Source of the DNA: Myxococcota bacterium
GTDB lineage: Bacteria > Myxococcota_A > UBA9160 > PR03
Direction of reading: 5' to 3'
DNA: 64,000 bases
Assembly (NCBI GenBank): GCA_041611735.1
Contig: JBFIML010000002.1
Location: 64,001 to 128,000 of the forward strand
Made by a program: the position numbers and the translations under genes. This document shows positions 47,947 to 57,706 of the stretch, in pieces; position 1 is the stretch's first letter; each line of letters begins with the position of its first letter. A model generated the notes under the pieces. It saw only the letters and a list, made by a program, of their open reading frames with translations, made no database searches and was not told the origin of the DNA.

Positions 47947-50419
47947 GCCCTCTGCGCCCCCGGCGACCCGCGCCTGCGTGGTGGAGGTCGCCCTACCCGT
48001 CCCGGTCCACGCGCTCTTCGACTACCGTGTCCCGTCCTCCCTGGCCGCCCAGGCGGAGCCCGGCTGCCGGGTGCGCGTGCCGTTCGGCTCCCGACGCCTG
48101 GTGGGCGTGGTGGTGGCCCGCCGGGACCACGCGGCGGACGGACGCCGCCTGCGCAGCATCGAGCGGATCCTGGATGCAGAGCCGGCGCTATCCCCCTCGC
48201 TGCTGCGCATCCTACGCGAGACCGCGGAGGAGGTCCTGTGTCCGCCCGGCCTGGCCCTGGCCGCGGCGCTCCCCCCGGGCTCGGCCCCGCGTGCCGACGT
48301 GGGCTTCGCGCTCACGCCCCTGGCCCGGGAGGCCCTCTCGCGCGGCGCCCTGGAGCCGCGTGCCCGGGCGCTCCTGGCGGCCCTGGTGGAGGGCCCGCGC
48401 CCGCGCCGCGCCCTCGAGCGGCGCTTCGGCCCCGGCGTGGCGCGTCTGCGCGTGCTGGAGCGGGAGGGACTCGTGACGCGCGTGACGCTGGAGCGCGGAC
48501 CCGCCGCCCGGGCCCCGCTGGAGCGGGTGGCGCTCCCGGCCGTCGACGCCCCCGCTCTCGAGGCAGCCCTGGCCGGGCCGCTGGTCCGGGCGCCGCGTCA
48601 GGCGGAGCTGCTGCGGCACCTGGCCGCGCAGGGCGCCGTCGGGGTGCCGGCCCTGACGAACCGTTTCCCGCGGGCGACGGCGCACGTGCGCGCCCTGGCC
48701 GCCCGGGGCCTGGTGCGCCTGGAGGAGCGGCCCGCCCCGCGGCCGCCTCCCGTCGCCGTGCCCCGCGACCGCGAGCCGCGCCTCGCGGCCGAGCAGCAGG
48801 AGGCCCTCGCTGCCGTGAGCGCTGCCGTCGAGGCCCGGCGCTTCGCCCGCTTCCTGCTCCACGGGGTGACGGGCAGTGGCAAGACCGAGGTCTACCTGCG
48901 GGCGATCGCGCGCGCCCTCGCCCTGGGCCGCCAGGCCCTCGTGCTGGTGCCCGAGATCGGCTTGACCCACCAGCTCGTGACCCGGCTGCGGGCGCGTTTC
49001 GGCGACCGACTGGCAATCCTCCACAGCGGCCTGCGCCCCGGCGAGCGGCTCGCCGAGTGGCATCGCCTGCGCGCGGGCGCGACCCCCATCGCGGTCGGGG
49101 CGCGCTCGGCGCTCTTCGCACCCCTCGACGACCTCGGCCTGGTCGTGATCGACGAGGAGCACGACTCCGCCTACAAGAACGAGGAGGGCTTCCGCTACCA
49201 CGCGCGCGACCTGGCCGCCCGACGCGCGGAGGCCGCCGGCTGTCCCCTGCTGCTGGGCACCGCCACCCCGTCCCTGGAGAGCCGCTTCGCGGCCGACCGC
49301 GGAGCGGCGCTTCGTCTCGTGCTGCCCCACCGCATCGGCGGTCGCCCCCTGCCCGCCGTGGAGATCGTCGATCTGGCCGCGGAGCGGGCGCTCGTGCCGC
49401 GCGGACGCCGGCTGGTGTTGTCGCGGACCCTGCGCCGGGCGCTGGCCGAAACTCTCGCCGAGGCCGGACAGGCGATCCTGTTCCTCAACCGACGCGGCTT
49501 CTCGACCCGGATCTTCTGCTTCGATTGCGGCCACGCGGAGCGCTGCAAGCATTGCGACATCTCGCTGGTCTTCCACGCCACGGAGGAGCGGCTGCGCTGT
49601 CACTACTGCGACTTCTCGATCCCGCCCCCGGAGCTGTGCTCGGGCTGCAGCGCGGGCCCGGCAGCGCTGCTCGGGATCGGCACGCAGCGGCTCGAGGAGG
49701 AGGTGCGCGTGCACTTCCCGGACGCCCGCATTGCACGCCTGGACCGGGACACGGCGTCGCGCCGCGGCGCGGTGGAGGGCATGCTGCGCGACCTGGAGGC
49801 CGGCTGCCTGGACGTGCTGATCGGGACCCAGATGGTGGCCCTGGGCCACGACTACCCGGGCGTGCGGCTGGTGGGGCTGGTAGCCGCCGACCTCGGGCTG
49901 CACCTGCCGGACTTCCGGGCCGCCGAGCGCACCTTCCAGCTGCTCACCCAGGCGGCGGGCCGCGCCGGGCGCGGTCACGTGCCGGGCCGGGTCATCGTGC
50001 AGACCTTCGTGCCCGATCACTACGCGATCCGTCCGGTTCGCGACCACGACTACGAAGCCTTCTACCGCGAGGAACTGCGTCATCGGGCTTCGCTCGGCTA
50101 CCCGCCCTTCGGCCGTCTGCTGCACGTGCTGGTCTCGGGCCCCGACGCGGCGGAGGCGCAGGCGGAGGCAGAGCGGATGGCATCGCGGGCCCGGCAGGCG
50201 GCGACCGCCGGCGGCGCCACGGAAGCCGGGGCGGTCGAGATCCTGGGTCCCGCTCCGGCGCCCATCGCGCGTCTGCGCGACCGCCACCGCGTGCAGCTCC
50301 TGGTGAAGGGGAGCGACGCGGCGCAGGTGCTGGAGATCGGGCGTGCTCTCGTGCGCGCGGAGCAGGGCCGCAGCGGCGCGCGGGTCCAGGTGGACCCGAA
50401 CCCCGTGAGCATGCTCTAG
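47945..50419 (+). CDS. priA: Primosomal protein N'
   Basis: GVTGSGKTEVY, DEEH, TATP, NRRG, Cys-rich region, PDFRAAE, QAAGRAGR. Confidence 0.97.
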   Translation: MPSAPPATRACVVEVALPVPVHALFDYRVPSSLAAQAEPGCRVRVPFGSRRLVGVVVARRDHAADGRRLRSIERILDAEPALSPSLLRILRETAEEVLCPPGLALAAALPPGSAPRADVGFALTPLAREALSRGALEPRARALLAALVEGPRPRRALERRFGPGVARLRVLEREGLVTRVTLERGPAARAPLERVALPAVDAPALEAALAGPLVRAPRQAELLRHLAAQGAVGVPALTNRFPRATAHVRALAARGLVRLEERPAPRPPPVAVPRDREPRLAAEQQEALAAVSAAVEARRFARFLLHGVTGSGKTEVYLRAIARALALGRQALVLVPEIGLTHQLVTRLRARFGDRLAILHSGLRPGERLAEWHRLRAGATPIAVGARSALFAPLDDLGLVVIDEEHDSAYKNEEGFRYHARDLAARRAEAAGCPLLLGTATPSLESRFAADRGAALRLVLPHRIGGRPLPAVEIVDLAAERALVPRGRRLVLSRTLRRALAETLAEAGQAILFLNRRGFSTRIFCFDCGHAERCKHCDISLVFHATEERLRCHYCDFSIPPPELCSGCSAGPAALLGIGTQRLEEEVRVHFPDARIARLDRDTASRRGAVEGMLRDLEAGCLDVLIGTQMVALGHDYPGVRLVGLVAADLGLHLPDFRAAERTFQLLTQAAGRAGRGHVPGRVIVQTFVPDHYAIRPVRDHDYEAFYREELRHRASLGYPPFGRLLHVLVSGPDAAEAQAEAERMASRARQAATAGGATEAGAVEILGPAPAPIARLRDRHRVQLLVKGSDAAQVLEIGRALVRAEQGRSGARVQVDPNPVSML

Positions 50420-50581
50420 GAGCCTGACCCAAGACTGGCGTGGGAAGGCCAGGGCGCCGATCCATCGCCGCGGCCAAGGCGCGCGACCGAGCCATAGCGG
50501 CGCTACGGCGCAGGGAGCGCAACGCGGGCAGCGGCGATGGATCGGCGTCCGGACGTCGCGCCCAGTCTTGGGTCAGGCTCC
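50419..50581. mobile_element. MITE/REP-like non-autonomous element (~160 bp) with nested inverted repeats
   Basis: 20-bp terminal IR GGAGCCTGACCCAAGACTGG (50419-50438 / 50562-50581); inner 17-bp IR (50455-50471 / 50531-50547); flanks CTAG and CCAG. Confidence 0.65.
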
Positions 50582-50612
50582 CAGGTCGGAGCTTCGCTAT
50601 CCTGCTCGGGCC

Positions 50613-51179
50613 ATGCCGATCCTCGAGGTACTCGAATTCCCCGACCCCCGTCTGCGGCGCGTGTCCGAGCCCGTGGAGCAGATCACGTCGGATCTGCGTC
50701 GCCTGGCCACGGACATGCTGGAAACCATGTACGACGAGCCGGGGATCGGCCTCGCGGCGCCCCAGGTGGGAGAGCCGGTCCGGCTGATCGTGCTCGACAC
50801 CGACTGGACCGAGGAAGGGGCCGACCGGAGCCCGCTCGTGCTGGTCAACCCGGAGATCGTCGAGCGTGCCGACAAGGTCGTCTGGACCGAGGGGTGCCTC
50901 TCGGTTCCGGAGTTCACGGCGGACGTGGAGCGCGCAGCGCGGGTGCGGGTGCGTGGCCTCGACCTGGACGGCCACGAGTTCGAAGAGCAGGCGGAGGGAC
51001 TGCGGGCGGTGTGCTTCCAGCACGAGGTCGACCACCTGAACGGTGTTCTCTTCATCGACCGGTTGAGCCGGCTCAAGCGCAACCTCTACGTGTCGAAACG
51101 CAAGAAGGCCCTGCGGGCGGAGGGGGCCTCCTGGCCCTCGGCCGGCGAGCGCCCGCCCGCGGTGCCCGGGGCGTCCTGA
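50613..51179 (+). CDS. def: Peptide deformylase
   Basis: GIGLAAPQVG, EGCLS, QHEVDHL. Confidence 0.97.
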   Translation: MPILEVLEFPDPRLRRVSEPVEQITSDLRRLATDMLETMYDEPGIGLAAPQVGEPVRLIVLDTDWTEEGADRSPLVLVNPEIVERADKVVWTEGCLSVPEFTADVERAARVRVRGLDLDGHEFEEQAEGLRAVCFQHEVDHLNGVLFIDRLSRLKRNLYVSKRKKALRAEGASWPSAGERPPAVPGAS

Positions 51180-52153
51180 GCACCCGCCCGCTGCGCCTGA
51201 TCTTCTTCGGCACGCCCGAATTCGCGGTGCCGACCCTCGAGCGACTGCTGACGGGCCCGCATCCGGTGGTGGCGGTGGTCGCCCAGCCGGACCGACCGCG
51301 CGGACGCGGGCGCCGCCCCGCCCCCAGTCCGGTGGCCGCCGTGGCCCGGCGCGCCGGGGTGCCGCTGTTGCAGCCGGAGCAGGTGGCGGAGCCCGAGGTG
51401 ACGGCCCGTCTCGGCGCCTTCGCCCCGGACCTCGGCGTCGTGGTGGCCTTCGGCCAGTTCCTGCCGCGGCGCGTGCGCGAGCTGCCCGCCCTCGGCTTCC
51501 TGATCAACGCCCATGCGAGCCTCTTGCCGCGGCAGCGGGGGGCGGCGCCCGTGGCCCACGCGATCCTGGCCGGCGACGCGGAGACGGGCGTGAGCGTGAT
51601 GCGGGTGGAGCGGGAGATGGACGCGGGTCCGGTGGCGCTGGTGCGGCGCACGCCGATCGGCGCCGACGAGACGGCCGGCGAGCTGACGGCGCGCCTGGCC
51701 CGGCTCGCCGCCGACGCGATCCAGGAGGCGGTGGAGCAGGCCGCCGCGGGTCGCCTGCGCTGGACGCCCCAGGACCCCGCCGCCGCCACCTTCGCCCCGA
51801 AGCTCGGTCCCGAGGACGGCCGCCTCGACTGGAGCGAGCCCGCCGCGGCGCTGGCCCGCCGGGTGCGTGCGCTGGCGCCCCGCCCCGGGGCGTGGACCGA
51901 GTGGCAGGGGGAGCGACTGCGGGTCCTGGCCGCCACGTCCTGCGACGCCGCCACGGAGCGCGCCGCCGGCGTGGTGCGGCGGGGCGGCGACGCGCCGCTC
52001 GCGGTGGCCACGGGCGCGGGCTGGCTCGTGCCGCGCGTGCTGCAGCGGGCCGGGGGACGAGCGCTGGACGCGGAGACGTTCCTACGGGGACGGCCGATTC
52101 CGGACGGGGCGCGCCTCGGCGGAGATTCCCCGGCTGCTACACTTGACTTCTGA
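51176..52153 (+). CDS. fmt: Methionyl-tRNA formyltransferase
   Basis: IFFGTPEFA, QPDRPRGRG, NAHASLLP, MDAGP; probable CTG start overlapping the def stop. Confidence 0.94.
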   Translation: MSTRPLRLIFFGTPEFAVPTLERLLTGPHPVVAVVAQPDRPRGRGRRPAPSPVAAVARRAGVPLLQPEQVAEPEVTARLGAFAPDLGVVVAFGQFLPRRVRELPALGFLINAHASLLPRQRGAAPVAHAILAGDAETGVSVMRVEREMDAGPVALVRRTPIGADETAGELTARLARLAADAIQEAVEQAAAGRLRWTPQDPAAATFAPKLGPEDGRLDWSEPAAALARRVRALAPRPGAWTEWQGERLRVLAATSCDAATERAAGVVRRGGDAPLAVATGAGWLVPRVLQRAGGRALDAETFLRGRPIPDGARLGGDSPAATLDF

Positions 52154-52212
52154 GTTTCGGGGATGACCTTGTTGCTCTCGCGGGGACAGGCCCGCGCAGA
52201 CAGGAACGAGCC

Positions 52213-53073
52213 ATGAACAACTTGAAGACCGGCTTCCTGCTCATCGCCCTCACGGCCGTCCTGGTCTGGGTGGGCGGTCTCTTCGGGGGCCGTGAAGGCG
52301 CGCTGATCGCCTTCGGTCTCGCGCTCGTGATGAACGCGGTGAGCTACTGGTTCAGCGACCGGCTGGTGCTTCGCATGTACCGGGCGCGCCCCGTGACGGA
52401 GGCCGAGGCACCCCAGCTCTACGGTCTCGTGGCGGACCTGGCCCAGGCCGCCCGCATGCCCATGCCCAAGGTCTACGTGATCCCGGGGCCCACGCCGAAC
52501 GCCTTCGCCACCGGGCGGAGTCCGCGGCACGCGGCGGTGGCGGTGACCGAGGGGATCCTGCGCGTCCTGGAGCGTGACGAGCTGCGCGGCGTACTGGCCC
52601 ACGAGCTCTCCCACGTGGGGCACCGGGACATCCTGATCAGCAGCGTGGCCGCCACCATCGTGGGCGCCATCGGCGTGCTCTCGCGCATGGCCCAGTGGAG
52701 CGCCATCTTCGGGATGGGACGCCAGGACGGCGACCGGCCCAACCCGCTGGTGCTGCTGGCGGTCACCATGGTCGCGGCGCTCGGAGCCATGCTGATCCAG
52801 CTGTCCATCTCGCGCTCGCGGGAGTTCGAGGCGGACGCCGGCGGGGCGCGGCTGGTGGGCGACGGCGAGCCCCTGGCGCGCGCCCTGGAGAAGCTGGAGA
52901 TGGGCGCGCGCGCCATGCCCATGGACGCCAATCCGGCCACGGCGCACATGTTCATCGTGAGCCCGCTGGCGGGGGGCACCGGGGCGGCCGGCACTTTCGC
53001 GAAACTCTTCCGCACCCATCCCCCCACCGCGGAACGGGTGGAGCGTCTGCGCAGCCGCGCCTGGGCGCGCTAG
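52213..53073 (+). CDS. htpX: Zinc metalloprotease HtpX
   Basis: PNAFATG, AHELSH, SRSREFEAD, THPP. Confidence 0.95.
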   Translation: MNNLKTGFLLIALTAVLVWVGGLFGGREGALIAFGLALVMNAVSYWFSDRLVLRMYRARPVTEAEAPQLYGLVADLAQAARMPMPKVYVIPGPTPNAFATGRSPRHAAVAVTEGILRVLERDELRGVLAHELSHVGHRDILISSVAATIVGAIGVLSRMAQWSAIFGMGRQDGDRPNPLVLLAVTMVAALGAMLIQLSISRSREFEADAGGARLVGDGEPLARALEKLEMGARAMPMDANPATAHMFIVSPLAGGTGAAGTFAKLFRTHPPTAERVERLRSRAWAR

Positions 53074-53077
53074 GCCC

Positions 53078-54508
53078 TTGCCTCCCGACGAGGTCGGACG
53101 CCGCGCGCGGCGCGGTCCGCCTCCGCGCGGGCCCGCGGGCCGTCGGCGCACGGAAGCGCCGAACCAGGCGCGCCTGCTCGCCCTGCGCGTGCTCGAGCGC
53201 GTGGAGCGGGCGCGGGCGTACGCCGACCTGGCCCTGCACGCCGCCCTCGAGCGCAGCCGCCTGGCGGACCGCGACCGCGCCTTCGCCACCGAGCTGGTCT
53301 ACGGCACCCTGCGCTGGCGCGGACGGATCGACTTCCTGCTGGCCCACGTCCTCGACCGGGACCTCGGCAAGCTCCAGCCCCAGGTGCTGACGGTGCTGCG
53401 GCTGGGCGCCTACCAGCTGCTCTTCTGCGACCGGGTTCCGTCCCGGGCCGCCGTTTCCGAGTCGGTGCGGTGCGCGCGGGCGGCCGGGCTGGAGCGCGCC
53501 ACGGGCCTGGTGAACGCGGTGCTCCGGCGCCTGGCGGCGAGCCACACCACCACCGCCCTGCCCGACCTGGAACGCGACCCGCTGGGCCACCTGACCCATG
53601 CCCTGTCCCTGCCCGCCTGGCTGGCGGAGCGCTGGATCGCCCGGTACGGAGCCCCGGAAGCCGCCGCCCTGGCCTGCGCCTCCAACGAGGTGCCCCGGCG
53701 CACGGTGCGGGCGAACCGACTCCGCGTCTCGCGCGAGGCCCTGCTGGCGGAGGTCCGGGAGCGCTTCCCCAACGCGGCAGCCTGCCGCTTCGCACCCGAC
53801 GGCATCGTGCTGGGGCGCAAGGGCGACCCGGCCCGGGATCCGGCCTTCCTGGACGGGCGCTTCACGATCCAGGACGAGGCCTCGCAGCTGGTGGTCGAGC
53901 TGCTCGCTCCCCGCCCGGGAGAGCAGGTCCTCGACGCATGCGCTGCGCCGGGGACCAAGGCCACCGCCATCGCCGAGCGCATCGGCGCCTCCGGGTCCGT
54001 GGTCGGCCTGGACCGGCACCCGCGCCGCATCGGGCTGCTCGCCCGGGACGCTCGCCGCCTGGGCCTCGACAACGTGCGGACGATCACCGCCGATGCGTCC
54101 CGGCCGCTGGCGGAGCGGCTGCCCCTGGCCAGCTTCGATCGGGTGCTGGCCGACGTGCCCTGCTCGGGCCTCGGCACCCTGCGCCGGAATCCGGACCTGC
54201 GCTGGCGTCTGCGCCCGGAGGACCCGGCGCGCCTGGCGGTGGTGCAGCGGACGATCCTGGTGCACGTGGCGCCTTTCTTGAGGCCGGGCGGCGTGCTCGT
54301 CTACAGTACGTGTTCCTTTACGCCGGAGGAGACCGACGCGGTGGTGCAGGCGTTCCTGGACGACACCCCGGGTTTCCGGCGCACGCCCCGGGCCGAGCTG
54401 CCGCCCGGGCTGCACCCGGTGTGCGGCGCGGACGGCGCCCTGCGCTGCCTGCCCCATCGCCACGACACCGACGGGTTCTTCGCGGTCCGGCTGGAGCGGC
54501 TCTCGTGA
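53078..54508 (+). CDS. rsmB: 16S rRNA m5C967 methyltransferase
   Basis: NusB-like N-terminus, QDEAS, DACAAPGTK, DVPCSG, YSTCS, DGFF. Confidence 0.95.
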   Translation: MPPDEVGRRARRGPPPRGPAGRRRTEAPNQARLLALRVLERVERARAYADLALHAALERSRLADRDRAFATELVYGTLRWRGRIDFLLAHVLDRDLGKLQPQVLTVLRLGAYQLLFCDRVPSRAAVSESVRCARAAGLERATGLVNAVLRRLAASHTTTALPDLERDPLGHLTHALSLPAWLAERWIARYGAPEAAALACASNEVPRRTVRANRLRVSREALLAEVRERFPNAAACRFAPDGIVLGRKGDPARDPAFLDGRFTIQDEASQLVVELLAPRPGEQVLDACAAPGTKATAIAERIGASGSVVGLDRHPRRIGLLARDARRLGLDNVRTITADASRPLAERLPLASFDRVLADVPCSGLGTLRRNPDLRWRLRPEDPARLAVVQRTILVHVAPFLRPGGVLVYSTCSFTPEETDAVVQAFLDDTPGFRRTPRAELPPGLHPVCGADGALRCLPHRHDTDGFFAVRLERLS

Positions 54509-55176
54509 GCCGGCGCGCCCCGCGCATCGCCCCCTCCATCCTCTCCGCGGACTTCGCGCGCCTGGGAGACGAGGTGCGGGCAGTCGAGCGCGCCGGCGCC
54601 GACTGGATCCACGTGGACGTGATGGACGGCCACTTCGTGCCGAACCTCACCATCGGGCCGCTGGTGGTGGAGGCCGTGCGCCGCTGCACGGCGCTCCCCC
54701 TGGACGTGCACCTCATGATCGAGAGCCCCGAACGCTACGTGGAGGCCTTCGCCAAGGCAGGCGCCAGCACGATCGGGGTCCAAGTCGAGGCGTGCCCCCA
54801 CCTGCACCGGGTGCTGGGTCAGATCCGCGAGGCGGGCGCGCGCGCCTCGGTGGTGCTCAACCCCGGCACCCCGGCGGCGGCCGTGGAGCCGGTGCTCGGC
54901 GACGTGGACCAGGTGCTGGTGATGACCGTCAACCCGGGCTTCGGCGGGCAACGCTTCATCGAGAGCATGTGCCCGAAGATCGAGCGCATCCGGAGCTGGA
55001 TCGATGCGGGCGGTCTCGACGTGGACCTGGAGGTCGACGGAGGGATCGCAGCGGGAAGCGTGGGCCTCGCCGCGCGCGCCGGCGCCGACGTCTTCGTGGC
55101 GGGGACGGCGGTGTTCGGTGCGCCGGACTACGCGGCGGCGATCCAGGCGCTGCGGCGAGCCGCACAGGCGGATTGA
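54505..55176 (+). CDS. rpe: Ribulose-phosphate 3-epimerase
   Basis: IAPSILSADF, HVDVMDGHFVPN, MTVNPGFGGQ, EVDGG. Confidence 0.97.
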   Translation: MSRRAPRIAPSILSADFARLGDEVRAVERAGADWIHVDVMDGHFVPNLTIGPLVVEAVRRCTALPLDVHLMIESPERYVEAFAKAGASTIGVQVEACPHLHRVLGQIREAGARASVVLNPGTPAAAVEPVLGDVDQVLVMTVNPGFGGQRFIESMCPKIERIRSWIDAGGLDVDLEVDGGIAAGSVGLAARAGADVFVAGTAVFGAPDYAAAIQALRRAAQAD

Positions 55177-55411
55177 AGCCGCGTCGTGCAGCCGCGGCGA
55201 GGGCCACGGCTCGCTCGACCACCTCCCGCGGGTCCTCGTCCCAGACGTAGAAGCCCGGCCCCTCGGCGGCGAAGCCCCGGCCGCGGCGGTGCAAGCAGAC
55301 CCCGTTCCCGTCGATCTCGAGCATGGCTCCAGTATCGACTGGCGGCATGACGTTCCTGTGACCGGATCGAGGGGTCTGGGTGGGCAGGCGCCCGACCCCG
55401 GGGGCATCGCC

Positions 55412-56086
55412 TCAACCGGCGGTGCGGGCCAGCTTCTCCGCGTGCTTCACGTTGCGCCCCTCCACCACCAGGATCACGTCCTCGGCGATGTTGGTGGCGT
55501 GATCGGCGACCCGCTCCAGGTTCTTGGCGATCAGGATCAGGTCCACCTCCTGGGCGGAGATGGCGGGATGGGCGGCGATCTCCCCCAGGGCCGCCTCGAT
55601 CAGGCGGTCCTCGTCGAGATCCACCTCGTCGTCGCGCCGCAGCAAGGCGCCGGCGCGCTCGGCATCCCGGGCCACGAAGGCGTCGAGGGACTCGCGCAGC
55701 ATGGACTGCACCTCCTCGGCCAGGCTCTCCAGCCTGGAAGGCAGCGGGACCGGCTCGCGCGCCGCCAGGCGCTCCGCGCTCTTGGCGATGTTGCGCGCCA
55801 GGTCCCCCACCCGCTCCAGGTCCACGGCGATGCTCTTGACCGCCAGGATGCGGCGCAGGTCGCCCGCCACCGGCGCCTGCAGGGCGATGGCGCGCAAGAC
55901 CGCCTCGTCCACCTCGATGTCGAGCCGGTCGATCTCGAGATCGTCCTGGGCCACCTGGCACGCCAGCTCGGCGTCGCGCTGCTGGACCGCTCGCAGGGCC
56001 TTGGCCAGGATCGCCTCGCAGGCGCCGCCCATGCGCAGGATCAGCTCGTTCACGTCGCGAAGCAGGGGGTCGAGCAGTCGCGTCAT
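55412..56086 (-). CDS. phoU: Phosphate signalling protein PhoU
   Basis: LQAPVAGDLR, DLERVGD, LERVADHATNIAE. Confidence 0.95.
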   Translation of the reverse strand: MTRLLDPLLRDVNELILRMGGACEAILAKALRAVQQRDAELACQVAQDDLEIDRLDIEVDEAVLRAIALQAPVAGDLRRILAVKSIAVDLERVGDLARNIAKSAERLAAREPVPLPSRLESLAEEVQSMLRESLDAFVARDAERAGALLRRDDEVDLDEDRLIEAALGEIAAHPAISAQEVDLILIAKNLERVADHATNIAEDVILVVEGRNVKHAEKLARTAG

Positions 56087-56191
56087 CCGGTCCTCCCCCA
56101 CGCCGCTGCGGGACGACGCCCAGGTGCGAGGGTACCTCGTCCTGTGCGGGGCGTCCCGTCGGGGACGGCCCGGCGGCCGCCCCCGACGCTG

Positions 56192-57574
56192 CTAGAACTT
56201 GAACACGAGATCCGTCTGTAGCCGTAGCCGCTCTGCATCCGAGACGCTCTCCGCCTGGGCGACCAGATCGTCCTCGATCTCGTCGCTCCGGAAGAGCGTC
56301 AGGTTGAGCTCCGTATTGGCGAAGAGCTGGCGCGAGGCGTAGAAGGCCCAGCCCTTCCGGTTGGTCAACCCGTCGAAGAGATCGCTGTCGATGAGCTGGG
56401 ACGGAAAGGCGTTGGCCTCGATCTCCCAGTACCCGACCCCGAGCAGCGCCCACTTCTTCTTGTCGCCGATCTCGAGGCCGGCGCCCCAGGCCGTGTCCTC
56501 CGGATCGGCCCCCCCGGCCACTGCGCCGAAGGTACCGCTCACGGACTTCGCGTCCAGGTTCTGGGCCCAGTTCCCGTAGACGGTGATGGGGAACCACTCG
56601 CTCCCGCTCCAGCGCAGGTAGACACCACCCTCCACCACGTCCATGCCGCCCTTGCCGGTAGCGTTGCCCAGGAGACCGCTCACCCCCGCATCGCTCAGCA
56701 CGTTGCCCCCGGCGGAGGTGGCGCCGTCGGAGCCGTCGCAGTTGTCGCCGTCGAAGCCGCGGCAGAGGAAGTCCTCGTTGAGCGACCCGAACTGGTAGTA
56801 GGTGCCCCGGGCGCCGACCTGGACGACGTCGTTCAGCGCCAGCTCGCCCCCGAGCTGCGCGCCGAACAGGTGCGGGTCCTTGCCCGAGCTCGCTTCGTCC
56901 AGCAGGAAGTAACCGGTATTCAGGAACAGGATCAGGTTCTCGCCAGGAGTCGCCGTCAGGCCGAGGGCGACTCCCTCCGGGTTGATGTCTCCGTCCCAGA
57001 GCATGAAGTCCTTGCCCACCTTCCAGGTGAAGGGATTGCCCTGCTTGCCGAGAGCCAGGGACGCGGAGCCGCGCTCCCCGGCGATCCAGCTCTCGGGGGC
57101 CCGCAGCGCCACGTAGGCCCGGTCGATGAAGATGCCGTCCGGATCGAAGTCGGCCTCGTTGTTGCCGAAGCTCTGGTTGGTGCTGCGACTGTCGTCCTCG
57201 CCGGTGGCGAGCCGCAGGTGGACCGCGCTCCAGTCGTTCACGTCGAACTGGCCTGCCAGGCGGATGCGATAGCGGCCTCGATAGCGGTTGTCCCGCTCGC
57301 TCCCGAGCTCGTCGCGGTCGAACCAGAAGCTCTCGTGACGAGCCCGGAAGTCCCCGGAGAGCTGGAGGCGGTCCAGCCAGCCGTCCTTCTGCTGCGAGTC
57401 GGCGTAGCGCGCAGCCAGGCGGTTGTACTCCCCTTCGTCCACGATCCCCCGGTCCCTCAAGATGCCGAGGATCTCCTGAACCACCTCGCTCTCGGAGGCC
57501 GGCGCGGTGGCGGGAAGCACCAGGATTGCGAGGGCGAGCCCCAGGCCGGCGGCCCGCCAGATCCATCCCCTCAC
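56192..57574 (-). CDS. Outer-membrane beta-barrel (putative porin)
   Basis: Signal peptide, [29 protein letters not shown]-terminal LQTDLVFKF. Confidence 0.85.
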   Translation of the reverse strand: MRGWIWRAAGLGLALAILVLPATAPASESEVVQEILGILRDRGIVDEGEYNRLAARYADSQQKDGWLDRLQLSGDFRARHESFWFDRDELGSERDNRYRGRYRIRLAGQFDVNDWSAVHLRLATGEDDSRSTNQSFGNNEADFDPDGIFIDRAYVALRAPESWIAGERGSASLALGKQGNPFTWKVGKDFMLWDGDINPEGVALGLTATPGENLILFLNTGYFLLDEASSGKDPHLFGAQLGGELALNDVVQVGARGTYYQFGSLNEDFLCRGFDGDNCDGSDGATSAGGNVLSDAGVSGLLGNATGKGGMDVVEGGVYLRWSGSEWFPITVYGNWAQNLDAKSVSGTFGAVAGGADPEDTAWGAGLEIGDKKKWALLGVGYWEIEANAFPSQLIDSDLFDGLTNRKGWAFYASRQLFANTELNLTLFRSDEIEDDLVAQAESVSDAERLRLQTDLVFKF

Positions 57575-57622
57575 GAACGTCCCTCCTTGGCGTGCCGGGA
57601 CGGGTCCCCGAGCCGCGGCCGG

Positions 57623-57678
57623 ACGCTACGGAGCTGCGGTGGCGCCCCGGTGGAGCGCTCGTGACGGGAACGTGAAGA
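57623..57678 (-). promoter_or_regulatory. Pho box (four 11-bp repeats) plus -10 element upstream of the porin
   Basis: Minus strand: TTCAC, GTCAC, TCCAC, GCCAC at exact 11-nt spacing, then 10 nt, then TAGCGT. Confidence 0.65.
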
Positions 57679-57706
57679 ACGGGGCGCGCCGGCGCGAAGG
57701 GTGCGA

